NCBI GenBank assembly: GCA_009704505.1
Contig: WLEB01000001.1
Location: 7,129 to 71,128, forward strand
Length of the DNA: 64,000 nt
Direction: 5' to 3'
Source: Actinomycetota bacterium
Lineage (GTDB): Bacteria; Actinomycetota; Actinomycetes; Nanopelagicales; Nanopelagicaceae
Every line of letters begins with the position of its first letter. Positions within the stretch are counted from its first letter, which is position 1. Positions 18,951-28,659 of this stretch are shown here, piece after piece. Position numbers and translations under genes: made by a program. The notes under the pieces are model-generated. The model worked only from the letters and a program-made list of their open reading frames with translations, had not been told where the DNA came from and searched no databases.

Positions 18951-19816
18951 GGAGTCCATCCAAGCATGGCGCCAGGAATGCATTCGGCATTTACTGGTAA
19001 TTGACCTATTCGTTCTCCATCGCTGTAGGCAACAGCCTTGGATTCGATGTGAACTTTCTTACTTCTAACGATTTCAACTGCTGGGTGATTTATGTGAGCC
19101 CCAATGAAAACAGATGGAAAAACCTTGATGAACTCAAACTTAGAGACAGGATGCAAAACCATAACATCGAATAAGCCATCTGTCATATCAGCATCCGGAC
19201 ATACGAGCATTCCGCCACCATATGATCGGCCGTTTCCCACGGCGATCAACATCGCTTGCGTTTCTATAGTTCGGTCATCAAGGTGAATTTGATAGTTTCT
19301 CGGTTTAAACCGTGGAAGTTCAATAGCAATACTAGCGTTGTACTTCATCGGTCCTTTAGGCCAACTTAATTTGTTTGCTAGTTCATTGACCACAGCATCA
19401 AAGCCTGTAGACAGGACACTTGCGAACCATTCGCCATCTACCAATCCAGCGTCTAATTGCCTAGCAGGCTTAGTCAGGACCTGCTCCAATTGAGCATCGA
19501 TGTTATCTAGCTCCCAACCTAACGATCTAACGAAGTCATTACCGGTGCCTGCGGGGATTACAGCTATAGGAATATTTCTTGGAATGACCTGCTGCAAAAC
19601 TATATGAAGAAGGCCATCTCCCCCAACGGCGATAACCCCATTGCAGCGCGTAGTTGAATTGAGAAAGAACTCAAGATGATTCGTAAGTGATGCCGGTGAA
19701 TTTCCAGTTACGATTGTGTAAGGAAGTGATTTACGATTTAAAAAACCAGCAACATACTTTCCAACCACCGCGCCTTTACCCTGGCCTGAAACCGGATTAA
19801 TCACGAGTGCCCACAT
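18947..19816 (-). CDS. Diacylglycerol/lipid kinase family (YegS/Rv2252/BmrU)
   Basis: INPVSG, GGDG, PAGTGNDF, GN...YGGG, DGE. Confidence 0.9.
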   Translation of the reverse strand: MWALVINPVSGQGKGAVVGKYVAGFLNRKSLPYTIVTGNSPASLTNHLEFFLNSTTRCNGVIAVGGDGLLHIVLQQVIPRNIPIAVIPAGTGNDFVRSLGWELDNIDAQLEQVLTKPARQLDAGLVDGEWFASVLSTGFDAVVNELANKLSWPKGPMKYNASIAIELPRFKPRNYQIHLDDRTIETQAMLIAVGNGRSYGGGMLVCPDADMTDGLFDVMVLHPVSKFEFIKVFPSVFIGAHINHPAVEIVRSKKVHIESKAVAYSDGERIGQLPVNAECIPGAMLGWTP

Positions 19817-19832
19817 AGTGAAAGCCTATCGG

Positions 19833-20648
19833 CTATTCAGAAATGGACGTTGGTGAATCTATTGAAGAAGTGCCCATGGATGTTTGATTAGACTTTTTAT
19901 CACGCGCTCTATCAACTAGGACTGCAATTGATCCGGCCATGAAATATAGAAGCATAATCGGCAATGCTAATAGGAGCATGGTGAATGGGTCAGCTGTCGG
20001 CGTGAAAGCCGCCGAAAAAACAAATATGCCAAAAACCCATATTCTCCATGGGCGAAGAATTGTCTTGCCACGTAAGAAACCGATCAGATTGAATGTTAAG
20101 AGAAATACTGGAAGCTCAAATGCCAATCCAAAAAGCAGAATTATTCGCAACACAAAATCAAGGTAATCATCAAATCTTACTAAGTTGTTGAGTGCTTCTG
20201 GTGTGAATCCAAAAAGCACTTTGATGGCAAGTGGAAGAATCAAATATCCGAGAGCAGCCCCGAAGCCGAAAAAAGGTGTCGCTGAGAGAATAAAAAGAAA
20301 GCTGTTTCTTTTTTCTTTGCGATGCAATGCCGGTGCTATAAAGGCCCATAATTGATAGAGCCAGAATGGCGCCGAAATGATGATTCCGGTTAGAACAGCT
20401 ACTTTCATCTGTAAATTCAGAGGGCCCAAAACTCCGCTGATATATAAGGCTCCGCAATTTTCTGAACCTGAAAGCTGCGCGGATTTTAAATCGCATACGG
20501 GTTCTGCAAGTGTTGTAATAATCGTATTGTAGAAATACCAACCGATACCAGATGCAAGAAATATCGCAATGGCTGCACGAACAATCCTTTTGCGAAATTC
20601 ACGCAAATGATCTAATAAGGGCATCCTCGCGTCATTGGTAGACGCCAT
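19833..20648 (-). CDS. tatC: Tat translocase subunit TatC
   Basis: MPLLDHLREFRKR, YQLWAFIAPAL, FELP, TPTADP. Confidence 0.95.
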   Translation of the reverse strand: MASTNDARMPLLDHLREFRKRIVRAAIAIFLASGIGWYFYNTIITTLAEPVCDLKSAQLSGSENCGALYISGVLGPLNLQMKVAVLTGIIISAPFWLYQLWAFIAPALHRKEKRNSFLFILSATPFFGFGAALGYLILPLAIKVLFGFTPEALNNLVRFDDYLDFVLRIILLFGLAFELPVFLLTFNLIGFLRGKTILRPWRIWVFGIFVFSAAFTPTADPFTMLLLALPIMLLYFMAGSIAVLVDRARDKKSNQTSMGTSSIDSPTSISE

Positions 20649-20652
20649 AGAA

Positions 20653-20835
20653 TTACTTTTCTGAATTACCTTCGTCGTTGGCAGGCTTATCGTCAGCCTT
20701 CATTTCTTTCATCTCACTCTTAAAAATTCGCATTGAACGACCAAGAGAGCGTGCAGAATCCGGCAATCTCTTCGCACCGAACAGAACTAAAACCACTACG
20801 AGAAGAACGATAATTTCGCGTGCGCCTAGATTCAT
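20653..20835 (-). CDS. tatA: Tat translocase subunit TatA
   Basis: TM helix + [21 protein letters not shown]. Confidence 0.95.
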   Translation of the reverse strand: MNLGAREIIVLLVVVLVLFGAKRLPDSARSLGRSMRIFKSEMKEMKADDKPANDEGNSEK

Positions 20836-20904
20836 TTAAAACTCCAACCGTCGATAAATCCAATTTCCCCGAGTTTACACCAGGTTCAGATGATCGCCTA
20901 GGCG

Positions 20905-21864
20905 CTATTTATCGGTATATCGAAGTAAGAGGGATTTAGCTCGCTGGGCGATCTCTTTACGAATTTCCAAGGGTTTAATCAACTCCACATCTGATCCAGT
21001 TGCTAATACGGCACGTTGGATCCATTCCTTAGAAAAGGAGGAAAGATCTAGAGTTAAATCAGCTGTGTTCATCTGCCTCAAATAAGAATCTATATCAAAT
21101 CTCTCGGCAGCCTCGCGAGAGGCGTTTAGAACCTTAATGCTGTAGGAAATTGCCTTACTGTCTGTTTCTGCCGGGATACTAACCCGTTGCGAATCTGACT
21201 GGACTTGAGCGTGCAAACCATCAATTATTTTGAGATCCATTATTCGATCGATTCGAAAGACTCGGTAATCCATCGCAAGGAAACAAAAAGCACGAAGATA
21301 ATTCCGTCCATCTTCATCGTAAGTTAGAAGTGGGCTAATAATTCTTGATGAAATATGATCTGAGTACAAGGAGTGATATGAGATTTCAACTCTAGAAGAG
21401 GATTTGATTGCTTCAAGAAGTGGTTCTACAACCTCATTATTCATACCAGTTGGAACATTGACTGCCTTCTGTATTCCGAGGCTTTTGGATAGTTTATCTT
21501 TTAATGTTTCGATGCCTTTGCGTATATCTTCTCTATCTAAAGGTATTCGCTGTTGCAAAAGTTCAAGACCCAATAAAAGAGCAAGTCCTTCTTCGACGGA
21601 AATCTTTCGAGGTCTGGATAGAGTCTTCGCATTTCGAATAGTGACAAAACCAGAATCAAACTCTAAATCCATGAGCTCTAAAGGTGTATATCCAGGAAGG
21701 CCACACATCCACAGTGTGGTCAAGTCCGATTGAATCTGCGATGTCGAGACTCCAAAGTCATCTGCTAATTCATCAAGTGATATTCCTTGATTCGCATGCA
21801 GGTATGGAACTAAATCCAACAAACGTGCTGTTCTCAAAAGTGGTGCCGAGAGATCCTTAACCAT
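20905..21864 (-). CDS. pafC: WYL-domain transcriptional regulator PafC
   Basis: HTH with LWMCGLPGY, WYL-type RIISP..YLRAFC...FRIDRI; follows pafB; start ATG 21864. Confidence 0.85.
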   Translation of the reverse strand: MVKDLSAPLLRTARLLDLVPYLHANQGISLDELADDFGVSTSQIQSDLTTLWMCGLPGYTPLELMDLEFDSGFVTIRNAKTLSRPRKISVEEGLALLLGLELLQQRIPLDREDIRKGIETLKDKLSKSLGIQKAVNVPTGMNNEVVEPLLEAIKSSSRVEISYHSLYSDHISSRIISPLLTYDEDGRNYLRAFCFLAMDYRVFRIDRIMDLKIIDGLHAQVQSDSQRVSIPAETDSKAISYSIKVLNASREAAERFDIDSYLRQMNTADLTLDLSSFSKEWIQRAVLATGSDVELIKPLEIRKEIAQRAKSLLLRYTDK

Positions 21865-22807
21865 GAGTGACAACAATCTTTTGCAATGATTCAACAATCA
21901 TCTCTACAAGTTTTTGTGGCGATCGTACGAAAACATCCTCCTGATGCCATAGCGCAAGAGAACGCAAATTTTCAAGATTTACAACCGGAATCTCTAACTG
22001 ATCCCACTCCCCTAGATCTTTTGATGAGATAGCAAGATTACGTAAAATTTGACCTTTTCCTTTTCTCACATGGAATACGGCCAAAGTCTCTGTTTGTGAC
22101 TGTGTTAGCACCTGATGAAAATCAAAATCTGTAGGTGGTTCAAAACTACTTACCGAGGAAACTTTTTCAACACCTCCACTAATGCGATCCATTCGGAATA
22201 TCCGTACCTCTTGAATCTGTTGATCTATGGATGCCATATACCAAAAACCACTGTGAGTTGCCAGAGAAAAAGGTATTACCGTGCGCGGCTCAACTTTAAA
22301 ATCAGACGAGGTGTACGAGAATTTGATGGAGGATTTCTCAGCGATTGCGCTACCGATGATTGCGATTACTCCACTGCTATTTGCCAAGCGTGTGGAGATA
22401 GCGGGTAACTCCACGTTATCTATCGGTTCACCCATTGATCGAATCTTAAGAAGTACCCGATGTGCTGCTTCGTCTAAGGCCGCACCTTGCCAGCTTTGTG
22501 CCGCTAGCGAGAGTAGGGAAATCTCCTTCGGCGAAAGAACTCCCAAGTCCATTTGATATGTTGCATGATTTATTCTGTATCCTGCTTCGTCAAGAAACAC
22601 TGGATCAAAACTTCCGACTTCTATTTCGATCCCAAGAGCGCGAAGATCATCTTTGTCGCGTTCAAACATTCGCTCTTTCGTCTCCGGAGTTCCCTCGTAT
22701 CCATCAACTGTTCTGAATATTTCGGACTTAGTGAGAAACCTTTTAGTTGCAAGGAGAGCGATTGTTAAATTAACTAACCGTTCAATCTTCCGAGACACCG
22801 TAGGCAC
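21857..22807 (-). CDS. pafB: WYL-domain transcriptional regulator PafB
   Basis: KIERLVNLTIALL, RMFERDKDDLRALG, WYM, FRMDRI; start may be GTG 22798. Confidence 0.87.
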   Translation of the reverse strand: MPTVSRKIERLVNLTIALLATKRFLTKSEIFRTVDGYEGTPETKERMFERDKDDLRALGIEIEVGSFDPVFLDEAGYRINHATYQMDLGVLSPKEISLLSLAAQSWQGAALDEAAHRVLLKIRSMGEPIDNVELPAISTRLANSSGVIAIIGSAIAEKSSIKFSYTSSDFKVEPRTVIPFSLATHSGFWYMASIDQQIQEVRIFRMDRISGGVEKVSSVSSFEPPTDFDFHQVLTQSQTETLAVFHVRKGKGQILRNLAISSKDLGEWDQLEIPVVNLENLRSLALWHQEDVFVRSPQKLVEMIVESLQKIVVTHG

Positions 22808-23633
22808 CTTTAGCAGGACGTCGGCGCCGCGCGAGAACTTGCACGTCGGGCGCCATGCGACGGCTATGGATAATGAAACCTGTGTGACCGATCATTCGTT
22901 GCTGTGGGCGAACTGCTAAACCTTCGTGATGCCATCCCCGGACCAATGTTTCAGAACTCTCGGGTTCTGTGAATCGACCATCACTTTTAAGGGCTTCGGC
23001 TGTAGCCGACAGTTGCGTGGTAGTTGCCACGTAAGCGAGAAAAACGCCACCTGGTCGAAGAGCTTTTGCTGCGATGTCGATGCACTCCCAAGGTGCGAGC
23101 ATATCTAGAACAACGCGATCAAATTCGGAATTGAAATTTTGATCCTGTAAATCACCTACTTCTAACTTCCAATTTTTAGTTTCGTTTGCGAAATACCCAT
23201 TAACATTTTCGCGTGCGATCTCTGCAAAATCTTCACGTCTTTCTATGGAGTGAACTGCTCCCTTTTCACCGACTGCTCGAAGCAGGGAAATGGTTAGGGC
23301 CCCGCTTCCAACACCGGCTTCTAAAACCCGCGCACCAGGGAAAACATCAGCGACTCCAACAATCATCGCTGCATCTTTTGGATAAACGATAGTTGCACCG
23401 CGACGCATAGTTAGAACAAAATCTGCTAACAATGGTTTAAAAGCAGAAAATGACAGTCCAGCTGTCGTGCTCACTACCGAACCCTCAGGAAGGCCAATCA
23501 GATCGTTGTGAGTAATCCAACCTTTGTGCGTGTGCCACTCTTTACCCGGGGTTATCGTGAAGCTATACAACTTCCCTTTGGAATCGGTCAGTTGAATCCG
23601 ATCTCCCGCAGCAAAAAAACCTAAATTAGACAC
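22782..23633 (-). CDS. trmI: tRNA (adenine58-N1)-methyltransferase
   Basis: MRRGATIVYPKD, EAGVGSGAL, LDMLAPW, HTGF. Confidence 0.93.
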   Translation of the reverse strand: MSNLGFFAAGDRIQLTDSKGKLYSFTITPGKEWHTHKGWITHNDLIGLPEGSVVSTTAGLSFSAFKPLLADFVLTMRRGATIVYPKDAAMIVGVADVFPGARVLEAGVGSGALTISLLRAVGEKGAVHSIERREDFAEIARENVNGYFANETKNWKLEVGDLQDQNFNSEFDRVVLDMLAPWECIDIAAKALRPGGVFLAYVATTTQLSATAEALKSDGRFTEPESSETLVRGWHHEGLAVRPQQRMIGHTGFIIHSRRMAPDVQVLARRRRPAKGAYGVSED

Positions 23634-23684
23634 GGGAGCATCTTAGGCGAATTAAATAGCTTCGGTAGAGGTATCTTGCGCAAC

Positions 23685-24449
23685 ATGAGTATCAATCAGC
23701 CCTTGCGGCTTTCCCCTAGCGCCGTGAGTGAGTACCAAAACTGTCCACTTCTCTATCGCTATCGCAAGATCGATAAGTTGCCAGAACCCCCATCCTTAGA
23801 TGCTGAAAGAGGAACTCTTGTTCATACTGTTTTACACGATCTCTTCGAGTCAGTAGCTATCGATCGAACGCGTGAAACTGCTTTGTCCCTTCTTCCCTCG
23901 CGTTGGAAAGCTCAGATTGAAAGCAAACCAGAACTCCAAGAACTTGTTGGAAATGAAAAAGAGTGGCTAGATCGTGCCGCATCTTTGATACAGACTTACT
24001 TCACAATTGAAGATCCTCGAAGTTTCGAAGCAACCCATCGTGAGATTCACCTTGAAAATGACTTAGCAGAGCGCATCTATCTCCATGGTTACGTTGACCG
24101 TCTAGATGTTGCGCCAACGGGAGAAGTTCGCATAGTTGATTACAAATCGGGTAAGGCACCAAAGCCAGGATGGGAAGAAAAAGCTTTATTTCAACTACGT
24201 GTTTATGCACTTTTATATTGGAAAAATACTGGAGTGCTCCCAAGACTTCTCCAACTTATCTATCTTGGCGATGGGAAACTGATCCGCAATAACCCAACTT
24301 TGGCTGATTTAGAATCGACCGAGAAAACACTGATGCGAATCGCTAGAGAGATAAACATCTCCTTGGAAAAGGATTTTTGGCCACCTAATCCAACAAAACT
24401 CTGTGACTGGTGCTTCTTTAAAAATATCTGTCCTGCACATGCAAATTAA
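23685..24449 (+). CDS. RecB-family PD-(D/E)XK nuclease with probable 4Fe-4S staple (Rv2119-like)
   Basis: LSPS....Y..CP, GYVDRLD, IVDYKSG, QL.VY, C-terminal CDWC.....C. Confidence 0.87.
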   Translation: MSINQPLRLSPSAVSEYQNCPLLYRYRKIDKLPEPPSLDAERGTLVHTVLHDLFESVAIDRTRETALSLLPSRWKAQIESKPELQELVGNEKEWLDRAASLIQTYFTIEDPRSFEATHREIHLENDLAERIYLHGYVDRLDVAPTGEVRIVDYKSGKAPKPGWEEKALFQLRVYALLYWKNTGVLPRLLQLIYLGDGKLIRNNPTLADLESTEKTLMRIAREINISLEKDFWPPNPTKLCDWCFFKNICPAHAN

Positions 24450-25117
24450 ATCGAGGCGGTAAAGTCTTTACGTAACTCGATCAGCTTCTCAATGCTCAAT
24501 TGCTCCAACGATTTGATACTTCTAACGCGCGGAGATTCTTCTACATGGACCAAATGGGGCACTGCGATCAACCAAGCGCCACTTTTAATCGCGGCCTGCA
24601 TTCCTGGCAGTGAGTCCTCGAACACTAAAGAGTTCTCAATCCTGCTTTCGCAAATAAGTGCCGCTTTGAGGTAGCCCTCCGGATCTGGCTTGGTATTTTG
24701 AACGTCATCTCCACTAAGTGAAAAAGGAAAGAGATTATGACCAATATTGTCTAAGACAGCATCAACGATCACTCGAGGGCTCGCAGAAACCAATGCAGTT
24801 TTAACTCCATGAGAGCGAAGCGAGTTGACGAGCTCTATCGCACCTGGCATAGCAACTGTATTTGTACGCATGCGATCAGCTTGAATCTTTATCAACATTT
24901 CCACGAAATACGAGGATGGCTTTTGATTATCTGTTTTAACAGACATGTAGTCGCCCAATCTACTGAGCGGTCCTCCTAAACAAGCAACTTGATCCTCCTG
25001 TGTCCATTTGTAACCAAATGGCTCCACCACCTCTTGTTCAGATAACAACCATTGAGGCTCTGAATCAACCGTTAAACCATCCATGTCAAAAAACACTGCA
25101 TCAAAAAAATCCGACAT
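24446..25117 (-). CDS. HAD-family phosphatase
   Basis: FDMDGLTVDSE, KPDPEGY, FEDS..G. Confidence 0.88.
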   Translation of the reverse strand: MSDFFDAVFFDMDGLTVDSEPQWLLSEQEVVEPFGYKWTQEDQVACLGGPLSRLGDYMSVKTDNQKPSSYFVEMLIKIQADRMRTNTVAMPGAIELVNSLRSHGVKTALVSASPRVIVDAVLDNIGHNLFPFSLSGDDVQNTKPDPEGYLKAALICESRIENSLVFEDSLPGMQAAIKSGAWLIAVPHLVHVEESPRVRSIKSLEQLSIEKLIELRKDFTASI

Positions 25118-25123
25118 CAGTTG

Positions 25124-28100
25124 CTAATTCGCATTGAAATACTTGGCTTCCGGATGATGAACAATAATTGCTGACGTTGACTGTTCTGGATGTAACTGGA
25201 ACTCTTCTGATAACTCAACACCGATACGTTCAGGTTCAAGCAGTGAACACAACTGCACCTGTTGCTCTAAATCGGGACAGGCTGGATAGCCAAATGAGTA
25301 TCGAGATCCTCTATAGCCTTGATCCAAAATCCCCTGCAACTCATCTGAATCTTCATCTTTAACGCTTAACTCTTCTCGTACTCGAGCGTGCCAATGCTCA
25401 GCTAACGCTTCAGTAAGTTGAACCGATAACCCGTGTAGTTCTAGATACTCCCGATACTTGTTTGCTTCAAATAGCTCGGCTGCTGCCTTACTAACAGAGG
25501 CACCCATGGTTACAACATGGAATGCAACAACATCTGTTTTCCCAGACTCCTTTGATGCAAAGAAATCACTGATACACAACCGTCTATCGCGGCGCTGTCG
25601 TGGGAATGTGAATCTAGTGCGCTCCTTACCTTTATTCTCACCCTCATGATGAAGAATGACTAAATCATTTCCTTCGCTATAGCAAGGAAAATATCCATAA
25701 ACGACAGCGGCGTTTAGCCAACCATTTGATTGCACTTCATTCATTAAAGATCGCAGGCGTGGGCGGCCCTGAGTTAGAACCATATCTTCATACTCTCCAC
25801 GATTGCCTTTTAACCCCCATTGACCAACAAATAGTGCTCGCTCATCCAACATCCCGGAATAATCCGCAAGGGATATTCCCTTGATAACTTTTGATCCAAA
25901 AAATGGTGGAGTTGGAATCGCGACATCTGTGCTGACATCGCTTCGGACTTCATCAAGTGGAGCATCACTCTCTTTGATTCTTGTATTAATAGTTTTACGT
26001 TCCTTTAGAGGAGGAAGCACGGCTCCTTCTTCGCCACGCTTTACTGCCATCATGGCATCCATTAAACGTAATCCCTCAAAGGCATCTCGTGCATATCGAA
26101 CCTGGCCTGGAAATACAGCGGCGAGATCCTGCTCAACATAGGCACGAGTAAGGGCTGCTCCTCCGAGAACTATCGGCCAACGTTGGTCTAATCCCCGCGA
26201 AGTTATCTCTTCTAAGTTTTCCTTCATGATAACTGTTGATTTCACAAGCAATCCGCTCATTCCGATGACATCAGCGTTGGCCTCTATTGCTCCATCAATT
26301 ATCTGATTTACGGTTTGCTTGATCCCAATGTTTGCTACTCGATATCCGTTATTTGTCAGAATAATGTCAACAAGGTTTTTCCCGATATCGTGAACGTCGC
26401 CCTTTACCGTTGCAAGCAGCATAGTCCCGCGGCCTTGATCATCGGTTTTCTCCATATATGGCTCCAGTAGAGCTACTGCAGTTTTCATTACCTCTGCGCT
26501 TTGAAGAACAAACGGCAACTGCATCTCACCTTTTCCGAACAACTCCCCAACAACCTTCATGCCCTCTAACAGGTGATCATTGATAATCTCTAGCGGTTTA
26601 GTGCCCTGATCTCGCGCTTGCTTGAGATCATCTTCAAGACCAACTTTTTCGCCATCGATAATCCTTCGTTGTAATCGTTCGAACAGTGGAAGTGCCGCCA
26701 ATGCCTCTGCTCGGGCATTCTTATTGGAGGTTAGTTCTACACCGTCAAACAACTGCAAAAACTCCTGTAGTGGATCGTAAGTGCACTCTTGCCCATCGAA
26801 AGTTCGACGGTCATATATGAGATCTAGAGCTACTTGTTTGGCTCTCTCATCTATGCGGTTCATAGGAGTAATTTTTGATGGGTGAACAATCGCTGAATCT
26901 AATCCAGCTTGCACACATTCATGCAGAAAGACTGAGTTCAAAACGATTCGCGAGGCAGGATTTAGTCCAAAGGAAACATTGCTAATTCCTAAAGTAGTTT
27001 GAACCTGAGGAAACTCTTCTTTAAGCCGCTTAATTGCACTTATAGTTTCTATTCCATCAAGTCGAGTCTCTTCTTGACCGGTTGCTATTGGAAAAGTCAG
27101 GCAATCAATCAGAATATCGCCCACATTCATGCCCCAGTTGTCGCGTAAGTCAGTAATCAACCGACGAGCAACTCTGAGCTTCCATTCGCAATCTCGTGCT
27201 TGTCCCTGTTCGTCGATGGTTAAAGCCACAACTCCGGCGCCATGCTCTTTGACTAAAGGCATTATCTTTGCAAACCTAGATGTTGGTCCGTCCCCATCTT
27301 CATAGTTGACAGAGTTAATGACACAGCGTCCACCAAGATGTTCCAATCCCGCCTTTAAAACTGCTGGTTCAGTTGAATCCAGAACGATGGGTAGAGTGCT
27401 TGCAGTTGCAAATCTAGAAGCAAGTTCAGCCATATCCGACGCGCCATCACGGCCTACATAGTCAACAGATAGGTCCAACATATGTGCACCTTCTTGAATT
27501 TGATCTCTTGCTATCTCAACACACTTTTCCCAGTTCTCTTCAAGAAGGGCATCTCGAAATGCGCGAGAACCATTGGCATTCGTCCGCTCACCGATGGCTA
27601 AGTAGGTTTTATCCTGTCTAAATGGAACGTATTGGTACAAAGAAGATGCACCTGGCTCAATTGATGGTTTTCTAATAACAACGCTTTTACGATCTAACTT
27701 CTTAACAACTGCTTCAAGATGAGCCGGTGTTGTTCCACAACAACCACCGATAAGTGAGATTCCATAATCAGTTACAAAAGTTTCCAGCGCTTTTGCCAGT
27801 TCGTCAGGCCCAAGCGGATAGCTGGCTCCTTTTGGTCCCAATACAGGTAAACCAGCGTTAGGCATGACCGAAATTGCTACATCAGCATTTTTACTTAAAT
27901 ACCTCAGGTGTTCCGACATCTCGGCAGGCCCCGTTGCGCAATTTAGGCCAATTAGGTCAATACCTAAGGGCTGTAAGGCATTAAGGGCTGCGCCAATCTC
28001 TGATCCAACTAACATTGTGCCAGTTGTTTCAACAGTTACTTGCGCGATAAGCACGATATCTCGATTCGCTTCTTCTATTGCTAGGCGAGCACCGTTGAGA

Positions 28101-28630
28101 GCTGCTTTTACTTGCAAAAGATCTTGAGAAGTTTCAATCAATAAAGCATCGCTGCCACTATCTGCTAACCCTTTGGAAGCCAAATAATATGCATCTTTTA
28201 ATTTCTCATAGGTTGTGTGACCAAGACTAGGTAACTTAGTTCCGGGTCCTAATGATCCGAGAACGAATCTAGGTTTTTCAGGTGTTGAGAAAGCATCAGC
28301 AGCCTGCCGAGCTATAACTCCTCCTGCAAATGCAAGTTCATAGATTCGATCTTCTATTCCATATTCGGCCAAGTTTGCCCAGTTAGCTCCGAAAGTATTT
28401 GTCTCTATGGCATCAACGCCAACTTTCAAATATGCATCATGAACTGATCGAACTATGTCTGGCCGGCTAACGTTAAGGATCTCGTTACATCCCTCATGAT
28501 CCTGAAAATCCTCTAAGGATGGATCGGCGTCTTGGAGCATTGTTCCCATGGCACCATCGGCGATAACCACGCGAGTAGACAGGGCCTGGCGCAACAAACT
28601 TTGAGGCCAGGCTAATTTTCGCGTATTCAC
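25124..28630 (-). CDS. metH: Cobalamin-dependent methionine synthase
   Basis: DGAMGT, GLNC, GGCCG, IGERTNANG, B12 motif GDVHDIGKN, RYSFGYPACP. Confidence 0.96.
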   Translation of the reverse strand: MNTRKLAWPQSLLRQALSTRVVIADGAMGTMLQDADPSLEDFQDHEGCNEILNVSRPDIVRSVHDAYLKVGVDAIETNTFGANWANLAEYGIEDRIYELAFAGGVIARQAADAFSTPEKPRFVLGSLGPGTKLPSLGHTTYEKLKDAYYLASKGLADSGSDALLIETSQDLLQVKAALNGARLAIEEANRDIVLIAQVTVETTGTMLVGSEIGAALNALQPLGIDLIGLNCATGPAEMSEHLRYLSKNADVAISVMPNAGLPVLGPKGASYPLGPDELAKALETFVTDYGISLIGGCCGTTPAHLEAVVKKLDRKSVVIRKPSIEPGASSLYQYVPFRQDKTYLAIGERTNANGSRAFRDALLEENWEKCVEIARDQIQEGAHMLDLSVDYVGRDGASDMAELASRFATASTLPIVLDSTEPAVLKAGLEHLGGRCVINSVNYEDGDGPTSRFAKIMPLVKEHGAGVVALTIDEQGQARDCEWKLRVARRLITDLRDNWGMNVGDILIDCLTFPIATGQEETRLDGIETISAIKRLKEEFPQVQTTLGISNVSFGLNPASRIVLNSVFLHECVQAGLDSAIVHPSKITPMNRIDERAKQVALDLIYDRRTFDGQECTYDPLQEFLQLFDGVELTSNKNARAEALAALPLFERLQRRIIDGEKVGLEDDLKQARDQGTKPLEIINDHLLEGMKVVGELFGKGEMQLPFVLQSAEVMKTAVALLEPYMEKTDDQGRGTMLLATVKGDVHDIGKNLVDIILTNNGYRVANIGIKQTVNQIIDGAIEANADVIGMSGLLVKSTVIMKENLEEITSRGLDQRWPIVLGGAALTRAYVEQDLAAVFPGQVRYARDAFEGLRLMDAMMAVKRGEEGAVLPPLKERKTINTRIKESDAPLDEVRSDVSTDVAIPTPPFFGSKVIKGISLADYSGMLDERALFVGQWGLKGNRGEYEDMVLTQGRPRLRSLMNEVQSNGWLNAAVVYGYFPCYSEGNDLVILHHEGENKGKERTRFTFPRQRRDRRLCISDFFASKESGKTDVVAFHVVTMGASVSKAAAELFEANKYREYLELHGLSVQLTEALAEHWHARVREELSVKDEDSDELQGILDQGYRGSRYSFGYPACPDLEQQVQLCSLLEPERIGVELSEEFQLHPEQSTSAIIVHHPEAKYFNAN

Positions 28631-28659
28631 TTGGATAAGGTTACCGTAAGGTTACTTTC

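Noticed and set aside
20905-22807. WYL proteins as regulators of an anti-phage island
   Set aside because: Tandem pair beside tatAC-helY with PafB/PafC motifs; core DNA-damage regulator.
23685-24449. RecB-like Fe-S nuclease as Cas4 or a defence gene
   Set aside because: No CRISPR array or cas genes seen; sits at the conserved position next to trmI.
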